Position numbers and translations under genes: made by a program | The notes under the pieces: model-generated | The model's input: only the letters and a program-made list of their open reading frames with translations | Told to the model about the DNA's origin: nothing | Database searches by the model: none | In this document: positions 1 to 8,989 of the stretch, in pieces | Position numbering within the stretch: the stretch's first letter is position 1 | How the letters are laid out: the number at the start of each line of letters is the position of its first letter | Origin: Verrucomicrobiota bacterium | GTDB lineage: Bacteria; Verrucomicrobiota; Verrucomicrobiia; Verrucomicrobiales; DEV007 | Direction: 5' to 3' | DNA length: 26,971 nucleotides | NCBI GenBank assembly: GCA_045046875.1 | Contig: JASFYY010000051.1 | Coordinates: 1-26,971, forward strand

Positions 1-120
1 GAAGGCAATAAGATTACTGAACACCTTAACTTCCCTTTTTGTGATGTGTTTGTTCGAGTCAATGGCGATCTGCGACTGCTAGCAGTCACAGCCTCTGCTG
101 TTATTCCGGAAAGTAATTAA
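1..120 (+). CDS. 3' end of an NTF2/SnoaL-like (DUF4440-like) protein, truncated by the window edge
   Basis: Frame 1 is open from base 1 to TAA at 118-120: EGNKITEHLNFPFCDVFVRVNGDLRLLAVTASAVIPESN*. The F-x-D-V-F-V-R-x-N-G-x-L-R-L-L pattern resembles the last beta-hairpin of DUF4440 proteins and parallels FYDIFTKIDDQWVML in the next gene. Confidence 0.65.
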   Translation, partial: EGNKITEHLNFPFCDVFVRVNGDLRLLAVTASAVIPESN

Positions 121-135
121 ACTTATTTTTCATTT

Positions 136-597
136 ATGACTAACAAACAAAAATCAGGAACTGATGTTAGCGAAGACCTAAAAAATAAACTGATCTCTAT
201 TTCATACGCTACCGTTCCTATTCAATCCGATCAACAAACACAGCAAGAAACTAATCGAATTTTCGCTGAAAATGTTAAACAATATTTGGCTCCAGAATAT
301 CAATACGATCTGAATGGGTATATCCTGAACCGAGAGCAATATATCGAAAAATTCTGTAGTGCTATTTTTACCGAGGTTCGATTCTACGATCAGCAGTTCA
401 CTCGCCTCGGCAATACCATCATCATGCAAGGTTTAGGTGACTTCACCTGCGTTTATGCGGGCGAAAAAACAGAGCGCCCTAAAGATGTTTTTTACGATAT
501 ATTTACCAAAATCGACGATCAATGGGTCATGCTACTCACTTACTCTTACACTCAGCCAAACTGGAAAATCACTGCACCAAAAGAAACTCTAAATTAA
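136..597 (+). CDS. NTF2/SnoaL-like (DUF4440-like) protein
   Basis: 153-aa ORF. The segments YLAPEYQYDLNGYILNREQYIE, RLGNTIIMQG and YDIFTKIDDQWVML follow the typical DUF4440 pattern (LA.D/EF....G....R..YI; G..A.V.G; D.F.K.DG.W). Confidence 0.65.
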   Translation: MTNKQKSGTDVSEDLKNKLISISYATVPIQSDQQTQQETNRIFAENVKQYLAPEYQYDLNGYILNREQYIEKFCSAIFTEVRFYDQQFTRLGNTIIMQGLGDFTCVYAGEKTERPKDVFYDIFTKIDDQWVMLLTYSYTQPNWKITAPKETLN

Positions 598-623
598 GCA
601 CCAATCCTCTACCCACCTTTACT

Positions 624-2288
624 ATGAATAACTCTCCTAAAACAGACGCCCTCGTCATCGGTGCTGGACCGACCGGTCTAGCTATGGCAACCGACCTGCT
701 CCGCCACGGACTAAAAATTCGCATCATTGACCTTGCTGACAAAGCTTCAAATCTCTCCAAGGCGACCACCATCATGCCGCGAACACTCGAAGAATTCCAA
801 CTTCGCGGGCTACACGAACGCACCATTGGATTAGGCAAAATCATGCGCGGCTTCAGTGCTTTTTACCACGGCCAGATCATCTTCAAAGCCGACTACGACC
901 GCATCAGCAGTGACTTCAATTACCTAGTCAATATCCCCCAGTGCGATGTCGAGTTGGTATTGCGCGAGGAACTCGAACGCTTGGGCGGAAACATCGAATG
1001 GGGAGTCACACTCACCGATTTCAAAGACCACGGAGATCGCGTCGAAGCCAAATTGACCCATGCTGACGGCAAAATGGAGGAGCTGGAAGTTCCATGGTTA
1101 CTGGGTTGTGACGGCGCCCACAGTGTGGTGCGCAAAGAACTGGGGCTCGAATTTCATGGCAAAGCCTACAAAGACACCTGGCTGCTCGCCGATTTGAACG
1201 TCGACTGGAAATTCACCGCGGAATCCAGCTACAGTTTTTTCTCCGAAGACGGCGTACTGGCCATCTTCCCCATGCCCAAAGGGCGTCACCGCATTTATAT
1301 CCTGCAAACGCTCAAACACCAACTGGGTCGTGACCCGACCTTCAACGACATCGTAGATGCCGTTGAGCGCATCGCACCAGGTTTATGCAAACTGAGCAAA
1401 CCTGACTGGATGGCCGAGTTCAAATGCCATCACCGCAAAGTGAAAAACTACCGTAAAAAAAACGGGCGTGTTTTCATCGGCGGCGACGCCGCCCACATCC
1501 ACAGTCCGGAAACAGGACTAGGATTGAACACCGGCATACAGGATTCCTTTAATCTGGCATGGAAGCTTGCCAGTGTCCATCAAGACAAAGCCCCCTTCAG
1601 CCTACTGGACACCTATGACCTCGAACGCAGTGATGTCGGCAAACAGGTTGTCAAACTCTCGGACGTCACCCACAAAATGACCGCTCAGTTCAGTGCCGTG
1701 GGCAGCATGATCCGCTCTAGGATGTGGCGTATTTTCAGCCACCACATCCATCTGCACTACGAAAAATTTGAGGACGGATTACAGCTCCGCGTCCTTTACA
1801 AAGCTAATCATTTTGTAGAAAATCACGGCAAAGTGGATCATTTTCGACGCGAGGAACTGCCTAAAATGATCGCCGGAGCTCGCTGCTTGGAGGCTAAGTT
1901 GCTTCCGCCTGATGCGAAGACTGATAAAAAGCAGTTCATCCGCCTTTATGACCATCTCGATCCCAAGTGTCATCAATTGATGTTCATGGCAGGCCCGGAT
2001 AACTCAAAAAAAACTCTCGCTTGCATCCGTGAGCTGATCGCTTTAACCGACCCGATCCGGGATCAAGTCAAAGTTCTCATTGTATTAGCAAGACAAGACA
2101 TGGACGGTTACGAAGATATTCAAGCCACCGTCCTGCTCGATCCCACCCATCATTTTCACCACCACTACGGCGCGGAAACGGGTGCTCTTTTTGTGGTCAG
2201 ACCGGATTCCTACATCGGATTTTCTTCACGCCCCATTGAGTCCAAAAAGGTCAGTAAATACTTAAAAAGTCTGTTCACCGATCTGTGA
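624..2288 (+). CDS. FAD-dependent monooxygenase (PheA/TfdB, aromatic hydroxylase family)
   Basis: Rossmann motif VIGAGPTG, DG motif GCDGAHSVVR, GD motif GGDAAHIHSP..G.G.NTGIQDSFNLAWKL, and a C-terminal thioredoxin-like domain ending LFVVRPDSYIGF. Start moved to the ATG at 624, which avoids overlap with the upstream gene and lies just before the Rossmann motif. Confidence 0.92.
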   Translation: MNNSPKTDALVIGAGPTGLAMATDLLRHGLKIRIIDLADKASNLSKATTIMPRTLEEFQLRGLHERTIGLGKIMRGFSAFYHGQIIFKADYDRISSDFNYLVNIPQCDVELVLREELERLGGNIEWGVTLTDFKDHGDRVEAKLTHADGKMEELEVPWLLGCDGAHSVVRKELGLEFHGKAYKDTWLLADLNVDWKFTAESSYSFFSEDGVLAIFPMPKGRHRIYILQTLKHQLGRDPTFNDIVDAVERIAPGLCKLSKPDWMAEFKCHHRKVKNYRKKNGRVFIGGDAAHIHSPETGLGLNTGIQDSFNLAWKLASVHQDKAPFSLLDTYDLERSDVGKQVVKLSDVTHKMTAQFSAVGSMIRSRMWRIFSHHIHLHYEKFEDGLQLRVLYKANHFVENHGKVDHFRREELPKMIAGARCLEAKLLPPDAKTDKKQFIRLYDHLDPKCHQLMFMAGPDNSKKTLACIRELIALTDPIRDQVKVLIVLARQDMDGYEDIQATVLLDPTHHFHHHYGAETGALFVVRPDSYIGFSSRPIESKKVSKYLKSLFTDL

Positions 2289-2373
2289 TAACCATCCGAA
2301 CTAGACTCCTCAAAACATGAGTTCCTCCCCGCCGAGGGACTCTTTTTTTACACCACAGCAGCCTTCCACCCTT

Positions 2374-3876
2374 ATGAAAGCAAAACGCGCCAAACACCTG
2401 CTTATCGCCGCCATTCTGAGTATCACCCTCTCCCTAGCCTCGCCTTGCGCACATGCGGATGACGACTCGCAAACAACCAATTTTAAAACCACCTCCGAGT
2501 TGTATTCCGAGCTTATCGAAGGGGCTCAGACAAACGAGGCCATGCTCACCCTGTTTCTGAACCAAATGCCCAAAGGCGGCGATCTTCATCACCATTATTC
2601 AGGAACAATCTACGCCGAAACCTATCTCGATTGGGTCAAAGAAAAAAAATGGTTCATTGATCCTGACACGCTACAGATCATAAAACAAGCTGCGGACAAA
2701 CAACTTACTAATAAAACATTATTAACCGTCGATCAGCTACGGGCAGACAACATACTTTACCGAAAATTACTAACCTTGTGGTCTGATAAGGATTTCTGGA
2801 ATCACAACCACCTTCAGTTTCCGCCCGACAAAAATTTCTTCTCCACCTTCTCTTATTTCAGCCCGATCATGGACGAATACACCGATCTCGGGCTACAAAT
2901 CATCAAAACCCGGGCGATAGCAGAAAATGTGTCCTACGTCGAAACCATGCTGACCGAGATGGGTGTTTATCAACAATACTTGGATCAAAAAAAACACCTC
3001 GCCTACAATCAGTCACTGCGCAAAGCCAAATCTCAAAGTGAAGTTAATGCCATTCTCGGTCAATTAAAAAAACAACTGCTCGCAGCGGAAGGTTTCACCC
3101 AGGCCATCGATCAATACCTCTCGAATCTGGAAAAATACCACCGCGAGATTGATGACGGCCAATTCACTATGAGATATCAAAGCTACGCCCTGCGAGTGAT
3201 TGATCCCTTACCCGTATTTAAGGATTTGTTAGCAGGGTTCATAGCTGCCAAACAATCCGAGCTGGTTGTCGGGGTCAACATCCTGGGGCCGGAAAACAAT
3301 CAAATTGCTTTGTCCGATTACACTCTGCACATGCAAATGTTCAGCTTCCTTTCAGCCGAATATCCAAATGTAAAAAAGTCCATCCACGCAGGAGAATTGA
3401 CTCTAGGCATGGTGCGTCCGAAAAATTTAAAATTCCATATCCAATCAGCCCGCGAGATCGCTGGTGCTCACCGGATTGGTCATGGCATTGATCTGATGTA
3501 TGAAAACGATGCTCCCGCACTGTTAAAGAATCTGAAAAAAAACGCAGCAATCGAAATCAACTTGAGCAGTAATCAATTTATTCTCGGAGTAAAAGACCAA
3601 CGGCACCCCTACCTGATATATTCCAAATACAAAGTCCCCATGGTGATATCCAGTGACGACTCAGGTGTGTCCAGAAACAACCTCAGCAATGAATACTTGC
3701 TACTGGCAAGCAGATACCGCCCCAGTTATTCTCAAATCAAAATTTATGTTTACAACAGCATCGAATATTCGTTTTTGGCAGACAAAAACAAGGTCCTCTT
3801 AAAAGCACAACTCGATACACGCTTTACTGACTTTGAGAAAAAAATGACAAAGCTGCAGCAATTAAAAAAACCCTAA
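2374..3876 (+). CDS. Secreted adenosine deaminase-family protein (ADA2/ADGF-like architecture)
   Basis: MPKGGDLHHHYSG, IHAGE, RIGHG and SSDD metal/catalytic motifs are all present. The ATG at 2374 gives a Sec-type signal peptide MKAKRAKHLLIAAILSITLSLASPCAHA. Confidence 0.88.
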   Translation: MKAKRAKHLLIAAILSITLSLASPCAHADDDSQTTNFKTTSELYSELIEGAQTNEAMLTLFLNQMPKGGDLHHHYSGTIYAETYLDWVKEKKWFIDPDTLQIIKQAADKQLTNKTLLTVDQLRADNILYRKLLTLWSDKDFWNHNHLQFPPDKNFFSTFSYFSPIMDEYTDLGLQIIKTRAIAENVSYVETMLTEMGVYQQYLDQKKHLAYNQSLRKAKSQSEVNAILGQLKKQLLAAEGFTQAIDQYLSNLEKYHREIDDGQFTMRYQSYALRVIDPLPVFKDLLAGFIAAKQSELVVGVNILGPENNQIALSDYTLHMQMFSFLSAEYPNVKKSIHAGELTLGMVRPKNLKFHIQSAREIAGAHRIGHGIDLMYENDAPALLKNLKKNAAIEINLSSNQFILGVKDQRHPYLIYSKYKVPMVISSDDSGVSRNNLSNEYLLLASRYRPSYSQIKIYVYNSIEYSFLADKNKVLLKAQLDTRFTDFEKKMTKLQQLKKP

Positions 3877-3890
3877 TCATTTTGCCTCCC

Positions 3891-6800
3891 TCACAATCGC
3901 TCGGCTAACTCCGCAAGCTTGTCAGAATCAAACTTAGCGATCAAAGCCTTCACCTCCGTGATTTCAGCACTATCTGCCGGGTAATCTTTGAGCGCACCTT
4001 TCAATGAGAAAAAATCTCCGGAATCACAAGCTTCACGAATCACCACCGCCAGACTTTGCCTTTGCTCCTTACTGAGAGCTTCCACCTGCTGCGGAATCAC
4101 GTCTGATTCATCACTAGCCGAGGAAGATGCAATGATGCTGTCGAGTGATTTGATCACCACCTGCAACTGGGAAGCAAACACCTCCACCGCAATTTCCGTG
4201 ACTTGTTGATCGAGCTCACCACCCTCTTCCGCTTTTTTTGCGATTGCCTCAAGCTCGCGCGCACCTTCATACAAATCCATCGCACCTATATTGCCGACCA
4301 CCCCCTTGATCGAATGAGCCTCACGGTGGGCGGTTTCGTAATCTTCTTTTCCGAATAATTCAGTCAACTGTTTATCCGCATCGCGGTAGCTCTCGGCAAA
4401 ACTCTCGGCGATGCGAATGAACAAGTCTTCACTGCCGCCCAAACGAGCCAAAGCCGTTTTGATATCGAATCCGGGCAAACTGTCAGGCAAACCCTCCTGC
4501 ACTTCTGGTTCAAGCGCTGGTTTGACTTCACCTTCCTTTTTCTCTTCGGTCGGATCGGACTTCACCTCTACCTCTGGTGTCGTTTGCTCTTTCGCGCTCA
4601 AATCCACCCATTGCAACAGTGTGTTAAACAATTTTTCCGGGTCGATTGGTTTGCTAATGTAATCGTTCATGCCTGCGTCAATGCACTTTTCACGATCCCC
4701 CTCCATCGCATTAGCAGTCATCGCGATAATCGGCAAATCCGCAAATTTAGGATTCTGACGAATCACCCCACTCGCTTGATAACCATCCATTCTGGGCATC
4801 TGCATATCCATCAGCACGGCATCGTAAGATTTCTTTTTCACCGCCTCCACCGCTTCCTCACCATTATTGGCAATCTCCACCACAATCTCCGCTTCAGCGA
4901 GGATTTGCGTGGCCACTTGCTGATTGATCTCATTATCTTCTGCCAGTAAAATCAACGCCCCGTGCAAAGGTGTCAGATCCGACTTACTATCCATCTTCAC
5001 ATCCTTTCGCCGCTGCCCAGCTCCAATCTTACCCTGCACCGCATCCAGAATCGAATTAAACATCACCGAAGGATTCACCGGCTTGGTCAAAAAATTACTC
5101 AATTCCACTCCTTTAGCCTCATTGGCAACCTGCTCCCTGCCGTAAGCAGTAACCATGATCATGGTCGGAATTTTAGATATCTTGTCATCCGCACGAATAG
5201 CCTTTGCCGTCTGCACCCCGTTCATCCCCCCCATCTTCCAATCAAGCACCACCAATTCATAAGGTCGCCCCGCCGCACTCGCTCGCTCGATCTCTTCAAG
5301 AGCGTCCTCTCCCGAAGGAGCGAGGTGAACATCCATACCAAAGGACGAGATCATCTCCTTTAATATTTCCCGAGAAGTCTCACTATCATCAACCACCAAA
5401 ACCGGCACCTGACGCAACATTTCCTCATGACCAAAATTATGCTGGCGACCACCTTCTTGAATTCCAAAAACAGAGGTGAAGAAAAAAGTGCTGCCCACCC
5501 CGGGCTCACTGTCCACTCCAATCTCTCCTCCCATTTTTTCCACCAAACCCTTACAAATAGCCAAACCCAAACCCGTGCCCCCATATTTCCGTGTAGTCGA
5601 AGCATCCGCCTGGGCAAAAGATTGAAACAATCGTGCCCGGGCTTCTTCCGTCAAACCGATACCCGAGTCCTGCATCGAAAATCTCACGGTTACCTTCTTA
5701 CCATCACTTTCAAGCGTATGCGCGCGAACCACCACCTCCCCGTCTTCAGTGAACTTCACTGCATTGTTAGCCAGATTAACCAAAATCTGCCCCAGACGCA
5801 AAGGGTCTCCTATCAAATCATGGGGAATCGTCGGATCCAAGTGAGTCAACAGCTCTATACCTTTTTCTTCGGCTTTCAAACCCACTAAATTACTCACATT
5901 ATCCAGAACGTCCTCAAGATTAAATTCCGTTGCCTCCACTTCCAATTTGCCGGCTTCAATCTTGGAAAAGTCGAGGATGTCATTAATAATACCAAGTAAA
6001 GACTCCGCCGAACCATGCACTTTTTCGACATAGTCTCGTTGTCGATCATCTAATTCTGTCTTCAAGGTCAAATAGGACATACCGATGATCGCGTTCATCG
6101 GCGTCCGTATTTCATGACTCATGTTTGCTAAAAATTCACTCTTAGCCGAGTTGGCATCATCCGCCTGCTCTTTGGCCACTGCCAGATCCTTCTCCGCTTT
6201 CTCCCGCATTCCCGACATATTGTTCAAAGAATGAACCAGCTCATCATTTTCACTGCGAGGTTCAAGACGTTTGCTGAAATCTCCTTGAGCAATCGCTATG
6301 CAAACATTAGTGATCTCACGATAGGAAGCCACCAGACGATTAAAGCTTTTACCCAGCTGTCCTGTTTCATCACCAGAGTTCACATCTATATCAATATCTC
6401 CCTTGATATCCCCCTCTGCCAAATGATTAGCCGCATACACCGCCTTACGAATACGAGAGGACGTCTGGTAGGATATCCACCAGGAAAGTCCGGTGACCAC
6501 CAACAGGGTGCCCACCACAAACAACAAAATCATCTTGGTCTGCGAGCGCAACACTCCCAGGATATTATCTTCAGATTCTCTCGTGATGACCAACCATTCA
6601 CCGGTAGGGATCAAGGCTGAAGCGTAATAACATTGAAATCCATCAATCGGATCCATCCCGGAAATCAAGCTCTGCTCATTCCGGTTTTCATAAAACCCAA
6701 AAAACAAATCCTTATAAGGGGTGTCCATCAAAGCCTTCGTGCGTAAGGCAAATTCCTGTTTATCCGACTCGGACATCTCAGTTGTGGACGCCACAAATTT

Positions 6801-7541
6801 CCCCGAACGACTGAGCAAAAATACATCCACATCCTCTTGTTCTTTGATCGATTCTAAAAAAGAAAAAATATCACTCAGCGCACGATCCACCCCCGCTATA
6901 CCTTTGAACTGCCCATCAATCACAATGGGATAAGTCTGCTCGACAATCATTTTCCCCTCATAGATATAAGGTTCAGTCACCATGGGTATTGCTTTACCTT
7001 TTTCCTCGAACAACTCCTTGCAACCATTGTAATAAAGACTGGTTTCCATCTTAACCAGCGGTTCCAACTTTAACTTTTTATTGTTTTCGTGACCTCGAAA
7101 CCAATAGGGAATGTAACGCCCCGCAGCACTGAACGCTTTACCAATTGCTTTGGCTTTATCCGAGTCCACATAAGCAGCATCCTCGCCATCCGCCCCAGGT
7201 TCATAACCAAAATAAACTCCGGTCAGGTCAGGAGAATTTTCAAGCACCAAACGCGCATACTCGCTGGATTCCTCACGCTTGCCAAACATACCGCTTACTT
7301 GCGACCAAGCCATCACCTGAGCTGTCAAAACCGCTCGAGTATTACCCCTTTCAATCTCTGCCGCCACCTCACTGGTCAGCTTCTTCAACGAAATCTCACT
7401 GTGATGACGAACCGAACGAAACATCGTCCAAGTCGTAAACAATACAATCGCCGTCAAAATGGCTCCGGCCGGAATCACTCCAAACAACAGCATTCTACCG
7501 CTCAAAGAATTGAACAGATTAAAAGAAATCTTTTTACTCAT
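3891..7541 (-). CDS. Hybrid sensor histidine kinase (TM-dCache-TM-HAMP-HAMP-HisKA-HATPase-REC-REC-Hpt)
   Basis: Two TM segments flank a Cache-like domain ([26 protein letters not shown]). H-box [17 protein letters not shown] box [11 protein letters not shown] boxes DSGIG and GGTGLGLAI, two receivers ([20 protein letters not shown]) and Hpt [13 protein letters not shown]. Confidence 0.95.
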   Translation of the reverse strand: MSKKISFNLFNSLSGRMLLFGVIPAGAILTAIVLFTTWTMFRSVRHHSEISLKKLTSEVAAEIERGNTRAVLTAQVMAWSQVSGMFGKREESSEYARLVLENSPDLTGVYFGYEPGADGEDAAYVDSDKAKAIGKAFSAAGRYIPYWFRGHENNKKLKLEPLVKMETSLYYNGCKELFEEKGKAIPMVTEPYIYEGKMIVEQTYPIVIDGQFKGIAGVDRALSDIFSFLESIKEQEDVDVFLLSRSGKFVASTTEMSESDKQEFALRTKALMDTPYKDLFFGFYENRNEQSLISGMDPIDGFQCYYASALIPTGEWLVITRESEDNILGVLRSQTKMILLFVVGTLLVVTGLSWWISYQTSSRIRKAVYAANHLAEGDIKGDIDIDVNSGDETGQLGKSFNRLVASYREITNVCIAIAQGDFSKRLEPRSENDELVHSLNNMSGMREKAEKDLAVAKEQADDANSAKSEFLANMSHEIRTPMNAIIGMSYLTLKTELDDRQRDYVEKVHGSAESLLGIINDILDFSKIEAGKLEVEATEFNLEDVLDNVSNLVGLKAEEKGIELLTHLDPTIPHDLIGDPLRLGQILVNLANNAVKFTEDGEVVVRAHTLESDGKKVTVRFSMQDSGIGLTEEARARLFQSFAQADASTTRKYGGTGLGLAICKGLVEKMGGEIGVDSEPGVGSTFFFTSVFGIQEGGRQHNFGHEEMLRQVPVLVVDDSETSREILKEMISSFGMDVHLAPSGEDALEEIERASAAGRPYELVVLDWKMGGMNGVQTAKAIRADDKISKIPTMIMVTAYGREQVANEAKGVELSNFLTKPVNPSVMFNSILDAVQGKIGAGQRRKDVKMDSKSDLTPLHGALILLAEDNEINQQVATQILAEAEIVVEIANNGEEAVEAVKKKSYDAVLMDMQMPRMDGYQASGVIRQNPKFADLPIIAMTANAMEGDREKCIDAGMNDYISKPIDPEKLFNTLLQWVDLSAKEQTTPEVEVKSDPTEEKKEGEVKPALEPEVQEGLPDSLPGFDIKTALARLGGSEDLFIRIAESFAESYRDADKQLTELFGKEDYETAHREAHSIKGVVGNIGAMDLYEGARELEAIAKKAEEGGELDQQVTEIAVEVFASQLQVVIKSLDSIIASSSASDESDVIPQQVEALSKEQRQSLAVVIREACDSGDFFSLKGALKDYPADSAEITEVKALIAKFDSDKLAELAERL

Positions 7542-7575
7542 AATTGCGCCTAAGGCTTGGCTGTAAACTCAAATT

Positions 7576-7601
7576 CTTGATCCACTTGATCCACTTGATC
7601 C
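7576..7601. repeat. 9-bp tandem repeat (CTTGATCCA) x ~3
   Basis: cttgatcca cttgatcca cttgatcc read directly in the 68-bp gap between the cyclase and kinase genes. Confidence 0.85.
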
Positions 7602-7609
7602 TGCAAAAC

Positions 7610-8806
7610 TTAATGAATACTAGCAATCGCCGCCCTCAACCGTTCCAGAATATCACGTCGGTCCTCCTCATTGATTCCGGCAGGATCCAGTGAAATCGAA
7701 AAGCCACTGCGCGATTCTTCAATCCGCAGGTCCTCCGTCAGAATCGAACGCGGCCCCACCACCTGGTACACTGGGACAGGGTGTTCGAACCCTTTGGCGT
7801 GAATCGGATCCTTTGCTTTGCACTCGATCTTGTCCCTCACCAAAACATGGGTTTCTTCAGCAATCATGATACAACCCGGAGCCGCGTTGCTCTCCAGGCG
7901 GCTGGCCAGATTCACTTGATTGCCCACAATCGTATAGTCCATTCGAGCTTCACTACCAAAATTCCCCACCGTGCAGTAGCCCGTAGTGATCCCCATTCTC
8001 ACAAAAAAATCACTCACAATGCCCTGCCTCACCCAGTCCGCTTTCAATTCATCGATCGCCATCTGCATGTCCAAGGCCATTTCCACACAGGATAAAGCAT
8101 CCTTCTTGATACCTTGAGTTTCCGGGTCGCCAAAAAACACCAACACCGCATCACCGATAAATTTATCAACCGTTCCCGAGTGTTTCAAAGCAATCCTTGC
8201 CATGCGGTCAAGGTAGCTGTTCAACAACAAAGTAAGATCTTCCGGCTCCAGAGTATCGGTCATGGAAGTGAAGCCGACGATGTCTGAAAAGAAAACCGTC
8301 AACTGCTTGCGGCTGGAGCCAATACTGGCATCTTGATCCCCTTCAAAAATCGACTTTTTGATCTGAGGTGACACATAACGCGACAGCTTATCCGAAAAAA
8401 CCTCGATACGATCACGCGCTTCCTTCAAGGCCATTTGTGTTTTCACCCGTGCCCGCACAATACCCGGGCTCAAAGGTTTGGTAATAAAATCGACCGCCCC
8501 CAATTCAAAGCCCTTGGTTTCGTCATCCACATCATTCATGGCTGTAACAAAAATAACCGGTATCTCACGGGTATTTTCATCCTCCTTCAAACGCCGACAC
8601 ACCTCGTAACCATCCATCTCCGGCATCAATACATCCAAAAGAATAATATCTGGAGAATTTTCCTTCGCCGCCAGTTCCAAAGCCTTCTGACCATTCAGAG
8701 CCACCACAATTTGATATTCCCCGTTCAACAGTTCTGCAAGGATATCAATATTCTCCGGTTTATCATCAACAAGGAGAATACGGGGCTTTTCGACGGGATC
8801 ACTCAT
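7610..8806 (-). CDS. Response regulator with class III adenylate cyclase output domain
   Basis: N-terminal REC (LLVDD, LLDVLMPEMDG, ITKP). Cyclase motifs FFSDIVGFT, DKFIGDAV, RMGITTG and DYTIVGNQVNLASRLE. The Lys (DKF) and Asp (DYT) specificity residues indicate ATP rather than GTP. Confidence 0.93.
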   Translation of the reverse strand: MSDPVEKPRILLVDDKPENIDILAELLNGEYQIVVALNGQKALELAAKENSPDIILLDVLMPEMDGYEVCRRLKEDENTREIPVIFVTAMNDVDDETKGFELGAVDFITKPLSPGIVRARVKTQMALKEARDRIEVFSDKLSRYVSPQIKKSIFEGDQDASIGSSRKQLTVFFSDIVGFTSMTDTLEPEDLTLLLNSYLDRMARIALKHSGTVDKFIGDAVLVFFGDPETQGIKKDALSCVEMALDMQMAIDELKADWVRQGIVSDFFVRMGITTGYCTVGNFGSEARMDYTIVGNQVNLASRLESNAAPGCIMIAEETHVLVRDKIECKAKDPIHAKGFEHPVPVYQVVGPRSILTEDLRIEESRSGFSISLDPAGINEEDRRDILERLRAAIASIH

Positions 8807-8928
8807 ACTTATGCGTTTTTAGATTACGGGTTGCGGCACAAAACTACCTTTCTACAGCCTAATACAGGGTTCAAGCGCTACTTTACCCCGACAAACCCCA
8901 TTTCCACGAGAACGAAGATGGAAAAAAC

Positions 8929-8985
8929 GTAGAGCAGAACTCCCGATTCTGCCCTCTCCCCGTAATGCAGAACTCCGACACTGCT
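8929..8985 (+). repeat. Two tandem GTAG/GTAA-headed REP-like hairpins
   Basis: GTAG-A-GCAGAA-ctcccga-TTCTGC (8929-8952) and a degenerate copy GTAA-T-GCAG-aactccgaca-CTGC (8962-8984), sharing GCAGAACTCC. Confidence 0.55.
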
Positions 8986-8989
8986 CCCC

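Noticed and set aside
522..623. N-terminal extension of the monooxygenase ORF
   Set aside because: It overlaps the upstream gene; the ATG at 624 directly precedes the Rossmann motif.
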